Assembly (NCBI GenBank): GCA_963799845.1
Contig: CAWCYI010000001.1
Location: 32,001-96,000 of the forward strand
DNA from: an uncultured Nitrososphaerota archaeon
GTDB lineage: Archaea; Thermoproteota; Nitrososphaeria; Nitrososphaerales; CADDZS01
Reading direction: 5' to 3'
Length of the DNA stretch: 64,000 nucleotides
Shown here: positions 1 to 9,239 of the stretch, piece after piece
Position numbering within the stretch: the stretch's first letter is position 1
How the letters are laid out: the number at the start of each line of letters is the position of its first letter
Program-made: the position numbers and the translations under genes
Notes under the pieces: model-generated
Told to the model about the DNA's origin: nothing
Seen by the model: the letters and a program-made list of their open reading frames with translations, nothing else
Database searches by the model: none

Positions 1-466
1 ATTCTTTCGCGCGATCTTGCAGAAGCTTTCGAATATCATCCAAGGAAAAAAATCTAACTTGTGCGACTTCTTTGGGGTCTAGAACGAATTCCGCATCCGA
101 TTTCACTTCAAAAGCATAAGCTACTTCGTACTCTGTAACCCCTGAGGATCTTATCTCAGGAAGCATGAACTTGAACAGAAACTTTGGTGCTGCGTCTATC
201 CCTAACTCCTCTTTCAGCTCGCGAACTGAAGCTGAAGAAGGCAACTCGCCAGCCTTCACGTGTCCTGTCGAAGAAACTGTCCATTTCCCCGGAAGCCAGT
301 CGTCCGAAAAACTCCTCTGTTGCAACAGAATTTCGTTCCGAGAATTTTTTAGGAAAATAGCTACTGATCGGTGAAGCAAGCCCTTTCTCTTGCATTCTTC
401 GAGCGTCGTCGAAAAAAGTGGTTCGTCGTTTTTGCTTACCAGATCCACATTTTCGCCCGTTGTCAA
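1..466 (-). CDS. NUDIX hydrolase, isopentenyl-diphosphate isomerase type 1-like (3' end runs off the window)
   Basis: Not in the ORF track. Manual translation from TTG at 466 gives MTTGENVDLVSKNDEP...GLLHRSVAIFLKNSRNEILLQQRS...WLPGKWTVSSTGHVKAGELPSSASVRELKEELGI, which contains a NUDIX box; the frame is open to base 1. Confidence 0.85.
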   Translation of the reverse strand, partial: MTTGENVDLVSKNDEPLFSTTLEECKRKGLLHRSVAIFLKNSRNEILLQQRSFSDDWLPGKWTVSSTGHVKAGELPSSASVRELKEELGIDAAPKFLFKFMLPEIRSSGVTEYEVAYAFEVKSDAEFVLDPKEVAQVRFFSLDDIRKLLQDRAKE

Positions 467-594
467 GAACTGAGTCCACCTTGCAAACAGCACCAACATT
501 GTAATGGATTACAAAAAAATTATTTCTGGCTAATTCTGACAAACATTTTAAGTTAATTTTCTTTCTTGCTCGATCAACAGGCGAGATCGAAATA

Positions 595-1413
595 GTGACG
601 GCCAATAATAACGAGGAATTTGTGAGTCAGCTTCTCAGAGCTAGGGTCTATGATCTCGGTCAACCATACTGGTGGGGCATGCCAGTACATCCCGCTGATC
701 CTCCTTTCTTGATCTATCTTTACAGGTACCACGAGCATACAAAGAAGCTTTTTGAGACCATTGCTCCTGGGTTGGGTTTCGCCGATTCTCTCGAACTTAT
801 CACTACCAGCATGCATTCCGGCACGCACCTTGACGTGTTGTGTCACATGTCCAGAGACGGGAAGCTCTATGGGGGAGTCAACGCAGCCGAAATAGAATCC
901 CACGTCGGTTATACTAAGATGGGTGTTGACGAAATTCCTCCCCTCGTCAAAAGAGCAGTTCTGTTGGATTTCCCCAAGTTCAAAGGCCTGGACATTCTTC
1001 CAGAGAGATATGAAATTTCTCCTGAAGATGTGGAAGGCGCTATCAAATCAGAGGGTGTTGATGTCAGATCGGGCGATGCAGTTCTTGTAAGAACGGGTTA
1101 CTCCAGGTTCATGACAACCGACTCTGACGCATATCTTCACAAGTACGCTGGAATGACGGCTGCCTCGGCAAGATACCTCGCATCGAAAAAAATCTCGCTG
1201 GCTTGCTCCGATAACTTGGCATTCGGAGTGCCTAAACCGTTTGAGCTTCATCAAGCATTCCTGGTTGAAAATGGTATTTTCATGATCAAGAGCTTGAATC
1301 TTGAACAGCTCGCCAAGGATCGAATTTACGTTTCGACGCTAATCGTGTTGCCTCTAAAGGTTAAAGGAGCGACGGGTTCGCTGGTACGCCCCATCGCACT
1401 AGCTCCCTCATGA
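595..1413 (+). CDS. Cyclase family metal-dependent hydrolase (kynurenine formamidase-like)
   Basis: HSGTHLD motif, GDAVLVRTG, C-terminal PLKVKGATGSLVRPIA. Confidence 0.9.
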   Translation: MTANNNEEFVSQLLRARVYDLGQPYWWGMPVHPADPPFLIYLYRYHEHTKKLFETIAPGLGFADSLELITTSMHSGTHLDVLCHMSRDGKLYGGVNAAEIESHVGYTKMGVDEIPPLVKRAVLLDFPKFKGLDILPERYEISPEDVEGAIKSEGVDVRSGDAVLVRTGYSRFMTTDSDAYLHKYAGMTAASARYLASKKISLACSDNLAFGVPKPFELHQAFLVENGIFMIKSLNLEQLAKDRIYVSTLIVLPLKVKGATGSLVRPIALAPS

Positions 1414-1435
1414 TTTGAATCTTTGGTTGAAGCAT

Positions 1436-2710
1436 ATGAAATCTGAAAACACCATCGCAGATTCGATCGACTCGCAGAGATTGGCACAGGATTCGCTGGA
1501 TCTTGTGAACGTAAACAGTCCGACCGGAAGCGAAGGAGAGGTCGCAGAGCTATACGCTTCAAAGTTGAGAGCTCTGGGAATGAAGGTCGTCATGCAGGAG
1601 ATCGAATCTGGCAGGTGCAACGTTCTCGCCACTCTCACAGGAGAGGATATCGATGCAGCGACGTTGATGTTCAACGGCCACTTGGACACCTCCTTTGCAG
1701 CTAGCGAAGACATTGAGATTTTGCACTCGATTTCACCAGTCTATCGCCCTGGTCCACCTTGGGGCAGGATCGAGGGAGACTGGATTTATGGTATGGGAGC
1801 GTTCAACATGAAGTCAGCGCTTGCCGCTTATGCATCAGCTGTTCGGACGGTCCAGGACTCAGGAGAGAAGCTCCGAGGAAATATCGTTATAGCAGGCGTC
1901 GTGGGGGAAATCGAAAAGACAGAAGTCGATCAATACCGCGGGCCTCAATATCGAGGATATGGATATGGGACGGCCTATCTTGTTTCACACGGTGGAACGG
2001 CCGACGTAGCGATATTGGGGGAGCCCACGGGATTGAGACTGATGTGCGCCCACAGCGGCAGCTGCTGGTTCAGGATCGGGCTTCGTGGGACGCTGGTCCA
2101 CACTGGTCACGCCGGTGGTACCAAGAATGTTATTCAGCAGATGAACCGAATCATCAGCGCGCTCGGTGAGTGGATTCCTAGTTATCAAGAAAGGTTCAGT
2201 TACATGGGTGCGAAGCCGACAGTAAATATAGGATCGATAGAGGGCGGGTGGCCTTGGCGCGCTTCGCGGACTCCGGGCTTCTGTAATTTGTATGTAGACG
2301 TCAGATATCCTCCGAGACACCATGCGCTGGACATCAAATACGAAATCCAAAAAGTCTTGGACAAAGTCAAAAAAGAACATGGAATATCAGCAGAGCTGGA
2401 AATCTACGTGACGGATGAATGGTCGGCAGTCTCAGAAGACGAATATGTCGCAGCTTCGATCAAGAGTGCTCATAACAGTGTATTTCGCAGTCCGGCTGAG
2501 ACCGTTTATTTTTCTTGGTCTTCTGATGCCAATATACTGACGCGTCACGGCATAATCGCTGTAAATTACGGCCCATCGGGCGGACCTGGAAAGGAAACTC
2601 GTGGCACAATGTACATCCCGAACCTCGTTAATTGCGCGAAAGTGTACACTATATCGGCAATGGATATCTGCTCCAAATCGAGGTCTCAGGTTCGGGAGCA
2701 TTCGGATTGA
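1436..2710 (+). CDS. M20/M25/M40 family metallo-hydrolase (ArgE/DapE-like, atypical metal ligands)
   Basis: NGHLDT, YGMGAFNMK, VGEIE and GEPT motifs plus a dimerisation domain. ATG at 1436 is preferred over TTG at 1415. Confidence 0.85.
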   Translation: MKSENTIADSIDSQRLAQDSLDLVNVNSPTGSEGEVAELYASKLRALGMKVVMQEIESGRCNVLATLTGEDIDAATLMFNGHLDTSFAASEDIEILHSISPVYRPGPPWGRIEGDWIYGMGAFNMKSALAAYASAVRTVQDSGEKLRGNIVIAGVVGEIEKTEVDQYRGPQYRGYGYGTAYLVSHGGTADVAILGEPTGLRLMCAHSGSCWFRIGLRGTLVHTGHAGGTKNVIQQMNRIISALGEWIPSYQERFSYMGAKPTVNIGSIEGGWPWRASRTPGFCNLYVDVRYPPRHHALDIKYEIQKVLDKVKKEHGISAELEIYVTDEWSAVSEDEYVAASIKSAHNSVFRSPAETVYFSWSSDANILTRHGIIAVNYGPSGGPGKETRGTMYIPNLVNCAKVYTISAMDICSKSRSQVREHSD

Positions 2711-2736
2711 ATGAAAAGCAGCGGAGTTAGAGAGTA

Positions 2737-4108
2737 ATGCAAGAAGCAACTGAAGAAATCAAGAACGCTTGGAAATATGCAGAGAATCACAACTCGAAAT
2801 TCATTGATGATCTGAAAGAACTAGTCGCGCAACCTAGCATCTCCGCCCAGAATATCGGTCTGAAAGAATGCGCAGAGCTTGTAAGGACAAAAATGACTGG
2901 TCTGGGATTTACTACGAGTTTACTTCCGATATCTGGAGCCCCCGATGCTGTCTACGGGGAGTTGAAAAGTTCTGGCGAGAACGCGAACACCCTGGTTATT
3001 TACAATCACTACGATGTTCAGCCTGTAGAACCGCTGGACGAATGGAATTCGGAACCCTTCAAGCCGATCGAGAGAGATGGAAAACTGTATGGCAGGGGAG
3101 TCGGCGACGACAAAGGGGAACTGGTAGCCAGGTTCAGCGCAGTCGAGTCAATTCTGAATTCCGGTTCCTCCATTCGACCCAATGTAAAGTGGTTTGTCGA
3201 AGGCGAGGAAGAGGTCGGCAGCCCTCATCTCCATGAGTTTATCTCGAAAAACAAGTCGCTACTGAGGGGCACCGGATGCCTATGGGAAGCGGGCGATCGG
3301 TCTCCATCAGGAAGATCGGAAATCCACTTGGGAGTCAAGGGACTGTTGTATGCCGAGTTTCGCGTCAAAGTTGGCAACAAAGATCAGCACTCCCAATATG
3401 GCGCCATCGCCCCGAATCCAGCTTGGCGGCTTGTCAACTTATTGAAGACAATCAAAAATGAAAAGGGAAGAATCCTGATTGATGGGTTCTACGATGAGGT
3501 CGCAAGGCCTACTCCTCAGGAACTCAAGCTTCTCAGGAGCAACGAGTTTTCAGTGAAAGGCCTCCGAAAAGCCCTCCAGATCGACTATCTGCTGGAAGAG
3601 AAGAATGACCTAGCAACGATAATAAAACATCTTTACAGCCCTACTGCGAATATAGCCGGTTTCAGTTCAGGATATACAGGGAAAGGTGCGAAGACGATCG
3701 TACCCAAGGAAGCTTTCGTGAAGGTGGATTTTCGTCTTGTAGCAAACATGCGCGGTGAGGACATCCGAAGGAAATTGAATCGGCACCTGAAGAAATTCGG
3801 ATTTGATGACGTTGACGTCACAATCTACTCGAAGGAAAATCCGGCCAAGACTCCCGTCGAGAGCTGACATTGCGCAGACGATGATGCAGTGCTCAGAGCT
3901 GGTCGAAGGAGAAAGGCCCAATGTCTGGCCCACCATAGCGGGTACTGGACCCATGAGTCTCTTCACAGACGATCTTAAACTGCCGACAGCGATGGGATTG
4001 GGGGTAAACTATCCGGGAGCCAGTTTCCACGCTCCCAACGAGCATATCATCTTAGATTACTACGCGAGGGGAATCAAGCAGATAATATCGCTATTAGCCA
4101 TGTTTTAA
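2737..4108 (+). CDS. M20 family dipeptidase (carnosinase/Dug1-like) with one frameshift near 3860
   Basis: HYDVQP, GRGVGDDKG, EGEEEVGS in the first frame; the C-terminal part with HAPNE continues in the +1 frame (ORF 3803..4108). Confidence 0.85.
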
Positions 4109-4146
4109 TCCTAGGAAGTCCTGAGCTAAGTTGAGAGGTAAGAGAA

Positions 4147-4275
4147 ATGCCGACGAAGAATGAGCACGTTTGTTCAAATCCTGAACATGAAATGAACTTT
4201 GCGGAAAGCACAGAAACAGGTCTGCTGTTCTGCACGATCTGCAAAGCTCCGTTCAAAAAGCAGCAGGTTGCCTAA
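4147..4275 (+). CDS. 42-aa putative zinc-binding microprotein
   Basis: MPTKNEHVCSNPEHEMNFAESTETGLLFCTICKAPFKKQQVA; C-x4-H...CxxC pattern; GAGGT just upstream; below the ORF-track cutoff. Confidence 0.55.
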   Translation: MPTKNEHVCSNPEHEMNFAESTETGLLFCTICKAPFKKQQVA

Positions 4276-4577
4276 CTCAAGGCCTGCAAGAGCTCCTCAT
4301 TGTATTGCATGCTAGCGGAAACTAGGCAGCTATGCTCTGCTATGTGGAGTGTGCAGAGAAATGACCCGCAACCGCAGTAATAGCTTGCGAGCTCCTTGGA
4401 ACCCTCACAGCGAAAACAGAATATCGTCCTTCCCACAATTTTTAACCTCTGCCTGATTTTAGGTTCCATCTCGGTAAAAAGATCGTCCAACTTCTGTGGC
4501 TGATGACCCTCAGCTCTATTTTTTTTCGCTGGGCCCGGTTTTTGCTGTGTCAACGTGAGTTCGAGAACTGAACGCAA
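4272..4577 (-). CDS. Hypothetical protein with C-terminal AN1-like zinc finger
   Basis: C-x2-C-x10-C-x-C-x4-C-x2-H-x3-H-x-C. Confidence 0.65.
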   Translation of the reverse strand: MRSVLELTLTQQKPGPAKKNRAEGHQPQKLDDLFTEMEPKIRQRLKIVGRTIFCFRCEGSKELASYYCGCGSFLCTLHIAEHSCLVSASMQYNEELLQALS

Positions 4578-4692
4578 CTAATTTCATGGAAAGTGTCAAC
4601 TTTGTGAGGCCAAGGGCTCACAATCGGTTCACAACAACAGAAAGACAGATAGGAATCGCTCTGAGCGTTGGGTTCCAAGGAATTCTTGGATC

Positions 4693-6033
4693 TTGCCGAG
4701 ATCTAGAAAAAACCCCGGTTCGAGAGATCAATTCTCTAGCGCCGAGATTCGTGATCCAATTCATGGTTACATTTACGCCAACGCCCTTGAGAGAAAAATA
4801 ATCGACACCGCAACGTTGCAAAGGCTCAGGCGGATCAGGCAACTAGCCGGATGCCATCTCGTCTATCCAGGCGGGCAGCACTCTAGGTTTGAACACGTAA
4901 TTGGCTGCATGTTTCTCGCGGGCAGGGTTGGAGAGATCCTCGAATCTCGAAAATCGGGGTTCAAGAACGAGACGACTGAGAAAATTAGAATCTCGGCTCT
5001 TCTCCATGACGTGGGCCACGGCCCATTCAGCCACATGTTCGAAGAAGTCCTGGCCGAAAAGACTGATGTCACCCATGAAGACATGAGCCAGAGAATAATT
5101 CGAGAAACGGAAATTGGAGACATTCTTGAATCCCACGGTTTCTCGCGCACGAGGATAAGCGAGCTGGCCGTGGGAAAGTCAACCAAGGAGATGAAGTTTA
5201 TGAATGACATAATCGGGGGTGGCCTCTCTGTTGACATCATGGACTATCTGTTGAGGGACTCTTACTTTACCGGCGTCGAGTACGGCAAGGTAGACGTCCA
5301 CCGTATAATTAACTCTTTTCGAGTCGTCGGGGGAAAACTGGCCATCTCTCAAGCGGCCGTTTTTGCTTTCGAAGCCCTGATGATATCAAGATACGAAATG
5401 TTTAGAGCGGTATATTTTCACAGGACCGTTAGGGCAGCCGAGCTGATGCTAATCAAGTCAATGAGCCTGGCCGACAAGGAACTGAATTTGACCGATCTCT
5501 CACTGTCCAACTATCTCTCGTTAACGGACGAGATTACTCTTTACAGAATTTCCAACATTGAGCCTGGAAGCGATAGAGAGCTGAGGCTCGCAAGAAAACT
5601 CGCAATTGACTATCAGAGAAGGAAGCTTTTGAAGTGCGTTTTCGAGCAAACCGTTCAGAGACGCGATAGTTTTCTGACTTCAATTTTCAACCAGAGAAGT
5701 TTTCGAGAGAACCTCGCGGGGCAGATCGCGGAAAAAGCCAAAGTCGACATCAGCGATGTTTTTGTCGATGTCCCCACCGCGCCGTCAGTTCCTGTCTCTT
5801 CCGCAAGGGAAACGTTCAAGGGAATAACCGTCGTGAAAGGAGGTCTAGAAGATGAAGGCAGGGATATTCCATCGTACGAACTCGGAATCAGCGAGCTTCC
5901 GCTACTTGGCACTATCGCAGGTTACATGGATGTAATGCGGGTTTACACAACCCCTGAGAGTCGGGCCAAGGTGAAGAAAGCTACTGAGACTGTCTTCCGG
6001 AAAGAGGGCTTTGAGAGCAAAGTTTCGATGTGA
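4693..6033 (+). CDS. HD-domain phosphohydrolase (dNTP triphosphohydrolase, SAMHD1-like)
   Basis: IRDPIHG, QRLRRIRQL, HSRFEH, LLHDVGHGPFSH, DIMDYLLRDSY. Confidence 0.92.
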   Translation: MPRSRKNPGSRDQFSSAEIRDPIHGYIYANALERKIIDTATLQRLRRIRQLAGCHLVYPGGQHSRFEHVIGCMFLAGRVGEILESRKSGFKNETTEKIRISALLHDVGHGPFSHMFEEVLAEKTDVTHEDMSQRIIRETEIGDILESHGFSRTRISELAVGKSTKEMKFMNDIIGGGLSVDIMDYLLRDSYFTGVEYGKVDVHRIINSFRVVGGKLAISQAAVFAFEALMISRYEMFRAVYFHRTVRAAELMLIKSMSLADKELNLTDLSLSNYLSLTDEITLYRISNIEPGSDRELRLARKLAIDYQRRKLLKCVFEQTVQRRDSFLTSIFNQRSFRENLAGQIAEKAKVDISDVFVDVPTAPSVPVSSARETFKGITVVKGGLEDEGRDIPSYELGISELPLLGTIAGYMDVMRVYTTPESRAKVKKATETVFRKEGFESKVSM

Positions 6034-6115
6034 TGAAATCAGGCCAGTTTCGAGAACAAAAACACAAGGCTTTTGAAGCTAACATTCGGGTGTTGGCGAA
6101 ACGGAAAATCATCGT

Positions 6116-6361
6116 ATGGCTTCGCAAAATAGCCGAAAAAAGACTCCCCTGATTCTGGCGGTAATGTCAGCCGCTATCTTTATCCTCGCAGTCCTGTTTT
6201 CTGCAATTCCATCTGTCGGTCTCTATGTCTCGCTCGCACTGGTAGTCGTGGGTGGTTTCACGATGCTCGTTGCCGGGATTATACGTGAAGCGGGGTCTAA
6301 ACGAGAACCAGTGCCCGCTCAGAAAGTAACAGATCCGGATATGGAAGACGTCCCAGCCTGA
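6116..6361 (+). CDS. Small membrane protein (2 TM helices)
   Basis: ATG start, two hydrophobic segments, fills the intergenic gap. Confidence 0.65.
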   Translation: MASQNSRKKTPLILAVMSAAIFILAVLFSAIPSVGLYVSLALVVVGGFTMLVAGIIREAGSKREPVPAQKVTDPDMEDVPA

Positions 6362-6371
6362 AATTTTTTGG

Positions 6372-6641
6372 TCAAAAAGATTCTGTTATCTTCAGGAATT
6401 CTGAGTATGAGACCCCAACAAGCTCTTTGAAATTTTCCTTCACTTTTTTCGCCCTCATCGCATAAGCAATCCCGCCCTTCCTTTCCAGCTTGGATAGGAA
6501 ACCCGTGAGGATTAGCGCAGTTTGGGCTCTTTCTTCGGAACCCAGATTCGAGATCAGTTTTCGCAAAACTCTCGCATCGGAACCGTCGGCATATATCAGA
6601 ACACTATCAGGTTTGTCAGACCTGTAGGAAACGTCCAGCAA
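6372..6641 (-). CDS. Hypothetical protein
   Basis: Protein-like composition; co-oriented with two upstream small genes. Confidence 0.6.
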   Translation of the reverse strand: MLDVSYRSDKPDSVLIYADGSDARVLRKLISNLGSEERAQTALILTGFLSKLERKGGIAYAMRAKKVKENFKELVGVSYSEFLKITESF

Positions 6642-6698
6642 ATTGTAGGCCTGAGGCTTTAGATCAAATATATACTTGCCGAGCGTTTTTGCGGATTA

Positions 6699-7088
6699 TC
6701 ATTTGTTCTGCGGAATAAATTCCTGAATTCTTCCACGTAAAACATCAACCAGCGAGTCGAGGGATTTTCCATCGCTGTCGACTCCCAGTTGCTTACCGAG
6801 TGATTCCGCGATCTTGCCTTCTATAACATAGGCGGCGCTACCAAACATTTTGGTCAACGCAGCCCTCAGCGCATCAAGATTATTCGCGAGCGAATTAAGA
6901 TCGACAGAATGTTCAAGCTCCAGGATGTAGACTAGCGATTCGACCACGGGTCCAGCTCCGAAGTAGCTCAGTCCCTTTACGACAGCTTTTGCTACCTGCT
7001 GATTTAGAGCGATCTCTGAAGCGTCCGCATCGGAATCGTACCTGTTCTTCTTAATGTTCAGGGAAAAAGAATCTGACGCACTTTGCAA
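6699..7088 (-). CDS. NitrOD5/DUF3227-like small helical protein
   Basis: Recalled family pattern L..FG....L...LE......L......L..AL.KMFGSAA..IE.KI...L, typical of Nitrososphaerota/Bathyarchaeia signalling-associated domains. Confidence 0.6.
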   Translation of the reverse strand: MQSASDSFSLNIKKNRYDSDADASEIALNQQVAKAVVKGLSYFGAGPVVESLVYILELEHSVDLNSLANNLDALRAALTKMFGSAAYVIEGKIAESLGKQLGVDSDGKSLDSLVDVLRGRIQEFIPQNK

Positions 7089-7143
7089 GAGTTAATGGCT
7101 CAGCCGCCGTGGTTTGCGTGATTCTCTTTCGATACGCCGAATC

Positions 7144-7497
7144 CTAGTTGGTCAGCTCAGGTTTAATTGAAGCTTGCGCCTTCTCGGGCGATGTCCTGTA
7201 GAAGTACAGCGCCGAGTAAATTGCGGTAGTGCTGAAGAAGGCTGTCAAAATGAGGAGAATGTTTTGGACTTCACCAATTAGTGGCAAAGTACGCCAGAGA
7301 TCAGAGACAAGTCCCATGAGTGGCGAAAGCAACAAAGATGCAAAAGCGAACGACATCAATCTGAAGACTGTTTTCGGTTTGCTTATTGCTACAATTTCTG
7401 CATTCGCTGTAAGCTGAATCAACTTCATTGAATAAACCATGGCGGCAAGAAGAAACACGACTGCAACCATTTCCAGGGCCGCATCTATCGCGGTCAT
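7144..7497 (-). CDS. Membrane protein (3 TM helices)
   Basis: ATG preceded by GAGGGAGG; three hydrophobic helices. Confidence 0.7.
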   Translation of the reverse strand: MTAIDAALEMVAVVFLLAAMVYSMKLIQLTANAEIVAISKPKTVFRLMSFAFASLLLSPLMGLVSDLWRTLPLIGEVQNILLILTAFFSTTAIYSALYFYRTSPEKAQASIKPELTN

Positions 7498-7814
7498 TTT
7501 CTAGCTATTCCTCCCTCTAATCGTAGTATTCGTCATTTTTCATCGAGCTCTTGAATGTGAATCGACTCTTTCTTCATTAGAATAATCCATTGTGGACGCT
7601 AGATCAGTTTCCGGGATCTATTTTCCTCCTTCAAGTGTACCGAGCTTTGACGAACGGCAGATGAGACAGACGGGTAGCGATCTGGCTTGGTTCACCTAGC
7701 AAATCAAGCCGCATCCCGGTGATCCTTAGATCATTGAAAGCAGATCAGAGGCCGAGAATCTCCCGATTTGCTGGTACTCGAAAGTTTGAATACGAACTAA
7801 AGTATTCAATTCTG

Positions 7815-7991
7815 ATGGGTGTCAGTTTGGAGAAACATATCAAAATCTCTACGCAAGGGAGATTGACTATACCTAAGCAGATTAGAGACAGTCTTCGGAT
7901 CTCCGATGGTCAAGCGATCCTCGTTAAATCAAATTCAGAAAAAAGAGAGATCGTGATCGTGCTTCAGCCGAGTATATCTGATTACAAATGA
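7815..7991 (+). CDS. AbrB/MazE/SpoVT family DNA-binding protein
   Basis: KISTQGRLTIPKQIRDSLRISDGQ signature; ATG at 7815. Confidence 0.85.
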   Translation: MGVSLEKHIKISTQGRLTIPKQIRDSLRISDGQAILVKSNSEKREIVIVLQPSISDYK

Positions 7992-8053
7992 CGATTCCTA
8001 ACAGTATGAATTAAATCCCTTGATCGTAAAGAAAAAATGAAGCGGCCAAGGAC

Positions 8054-9235
8054 ATGGAGACGAAAATAAGCCTGGAACCCTCGCAGAGATCAAGAAGATT
8101 GGGCCTATCGGGGATCAGAGAGATTTTTGAAAAGGCACAAAAAATTCCGGATGTAATCAGGCTGGAATTCGGAGAGCCTGATTTTGACACCCCGGAGAAT
8201 ATCAAATCTGCCGCAATTAGAGCAATTAACTCCGGTAAGACAAAATATACTTCCAGCGCCGGATTACCTGAATTACGAAACGCCATATCTTCAAAACTCG
8301 CAAGGGAAAACGGGGTACCCTATGATCCGACGAAGGAAGTCGTGGTGACCGCTGGCGCAACTTCAGCGATTAACTTGGCATTCCTCTCCACGGTCGATGT
8401 TGGAGATGAGATTCTCCTGCCCGATCCGGGCTGGGCCACCTACGCCCATGCAGTAAGTGTGGTTGGTGCGATTCCCGTGCCATACCCACTGCACGAATCT
8501 ACCGGCTACTCATTTGAACGGGACAGCGCGGAAAGATTGGTGACCCCCATGACCAGGGCAATATTGATCAATACTCCAAGCAATCCGACGGGCTCGATTC
8601 TTTCTCGAAAAAATCTGAAGGAGATCGCCGAATTTGCTATCGAGCACAATTTGTTCGTGTTTTCGGATGAGGTTTACGAAAAATTCCTTTATGACGACGG
8701 TGGCGCAGTAAAAAATGAGCACGTGAGCGTCGCTAGTCTTTCGGAAATGAAAGAGCGGACCGTCACGATAAACGCGTTCTCGAAGACTTATGCGATGACC
8801 GGCTGGAGAATAGGGTACGCGGCAGCGCCTGAACCGATTTCCGCTGCAATGACGAAAATTAATGCTGCGCAGAGTTCGTGCGTCTCGACAATAGCCCAGT
8901 TCGCAGCTCTCGAAGCCCTGACGGGTCCTCAGGATTCAGTCGGCAGGATGATTTCGGCTTTTGCGAAAAGGAGAGAAGTCCTCGTTAAGGGATTGAACGA
9001 ATTTTCCGGGTTTAAGTGCCCCATGCCGCGGGGTGCTTTTTACGCATTCCCGAATGTAAAGGGCACTGGGATGAATTCCTATTCGCTCACGATGAAGATA
9101 GTGAATCAGGCTCACGTGGCGGTGGTACCCGGTTCTTCATTCGGTAAGCAGGGAGAAGGTTATCTTCGACTTGCCTATGCAAACTCCGTCGAAAACATTC
9201 ATGAAGCGCTCTCTAGGATTCGAAAAGTCCTGTAG
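8054..9235 (+). CDS. PLP-dependent aminotransferase class I/II (aspartate aminotransferase-like)
   Basis: GEPDF, NTPSNPTG, SDEVY, FSKTYAMTGWRIG. Confidence 0.95.
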   Translation: METKISLEPSQRSRRLGLSGIREIFEKAQKIPDVIRLEFGEPDFDTPENIKSAAIRAINSGKTKYTSSAGLPELRNAISSKLARENGVPYDPTKEVVVTAGATSAINLAFLSTVDVGDEILLPDPGWATYAHAVSVVGAIPVPYPLHESTGYSFERDSAERLVTPMTRAILINTPSNPTGSILSRKNLKEIAEFAIEHNLFVFSDEVYEKFLYDDGGAVKNEHVSVASLSEMKERTVTINAFSKTYAMTGWRIGYAAAPEPISAAMTKINAAQSSCVSTIAQFAALEALTGPQDSVGRMISAFAKRREVLVKGLNEFSGFKCPMPRGAFYAFPNVKGTGMNSYSLTMKIVNQAHVAVVPGSSFGKQGEGYLRLAYANSVENIHEALSRIRKVL

Positions 9236-9239
9236 AGAT

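Noticed and set aside
156-605. 149-aa ORF at the window start
   Set aside because: An alternative frame overlapping the real NUDIX gene, which the track missed because it runs off the edge.
4693-6033. HD dNTPase as an antiviral defence system
   Set aside because: It looks like the common archaeal housekeeping family and has no defence-gene neighbours.
7600-7730. TPP or other known riboswitch, or SRP RNA
   Set aside because: Hallmark motifs (CUGAGA and CUGAU for TPP; the SRP helix 8 loop) are not found in the proper context on either strand.
7815-7991. AbrB/MazE antitoxin of a toxin-antitoxin pair
   Set aside because: No PIN or MazF toxin is adjacent; the next gene is an aminotransferase.
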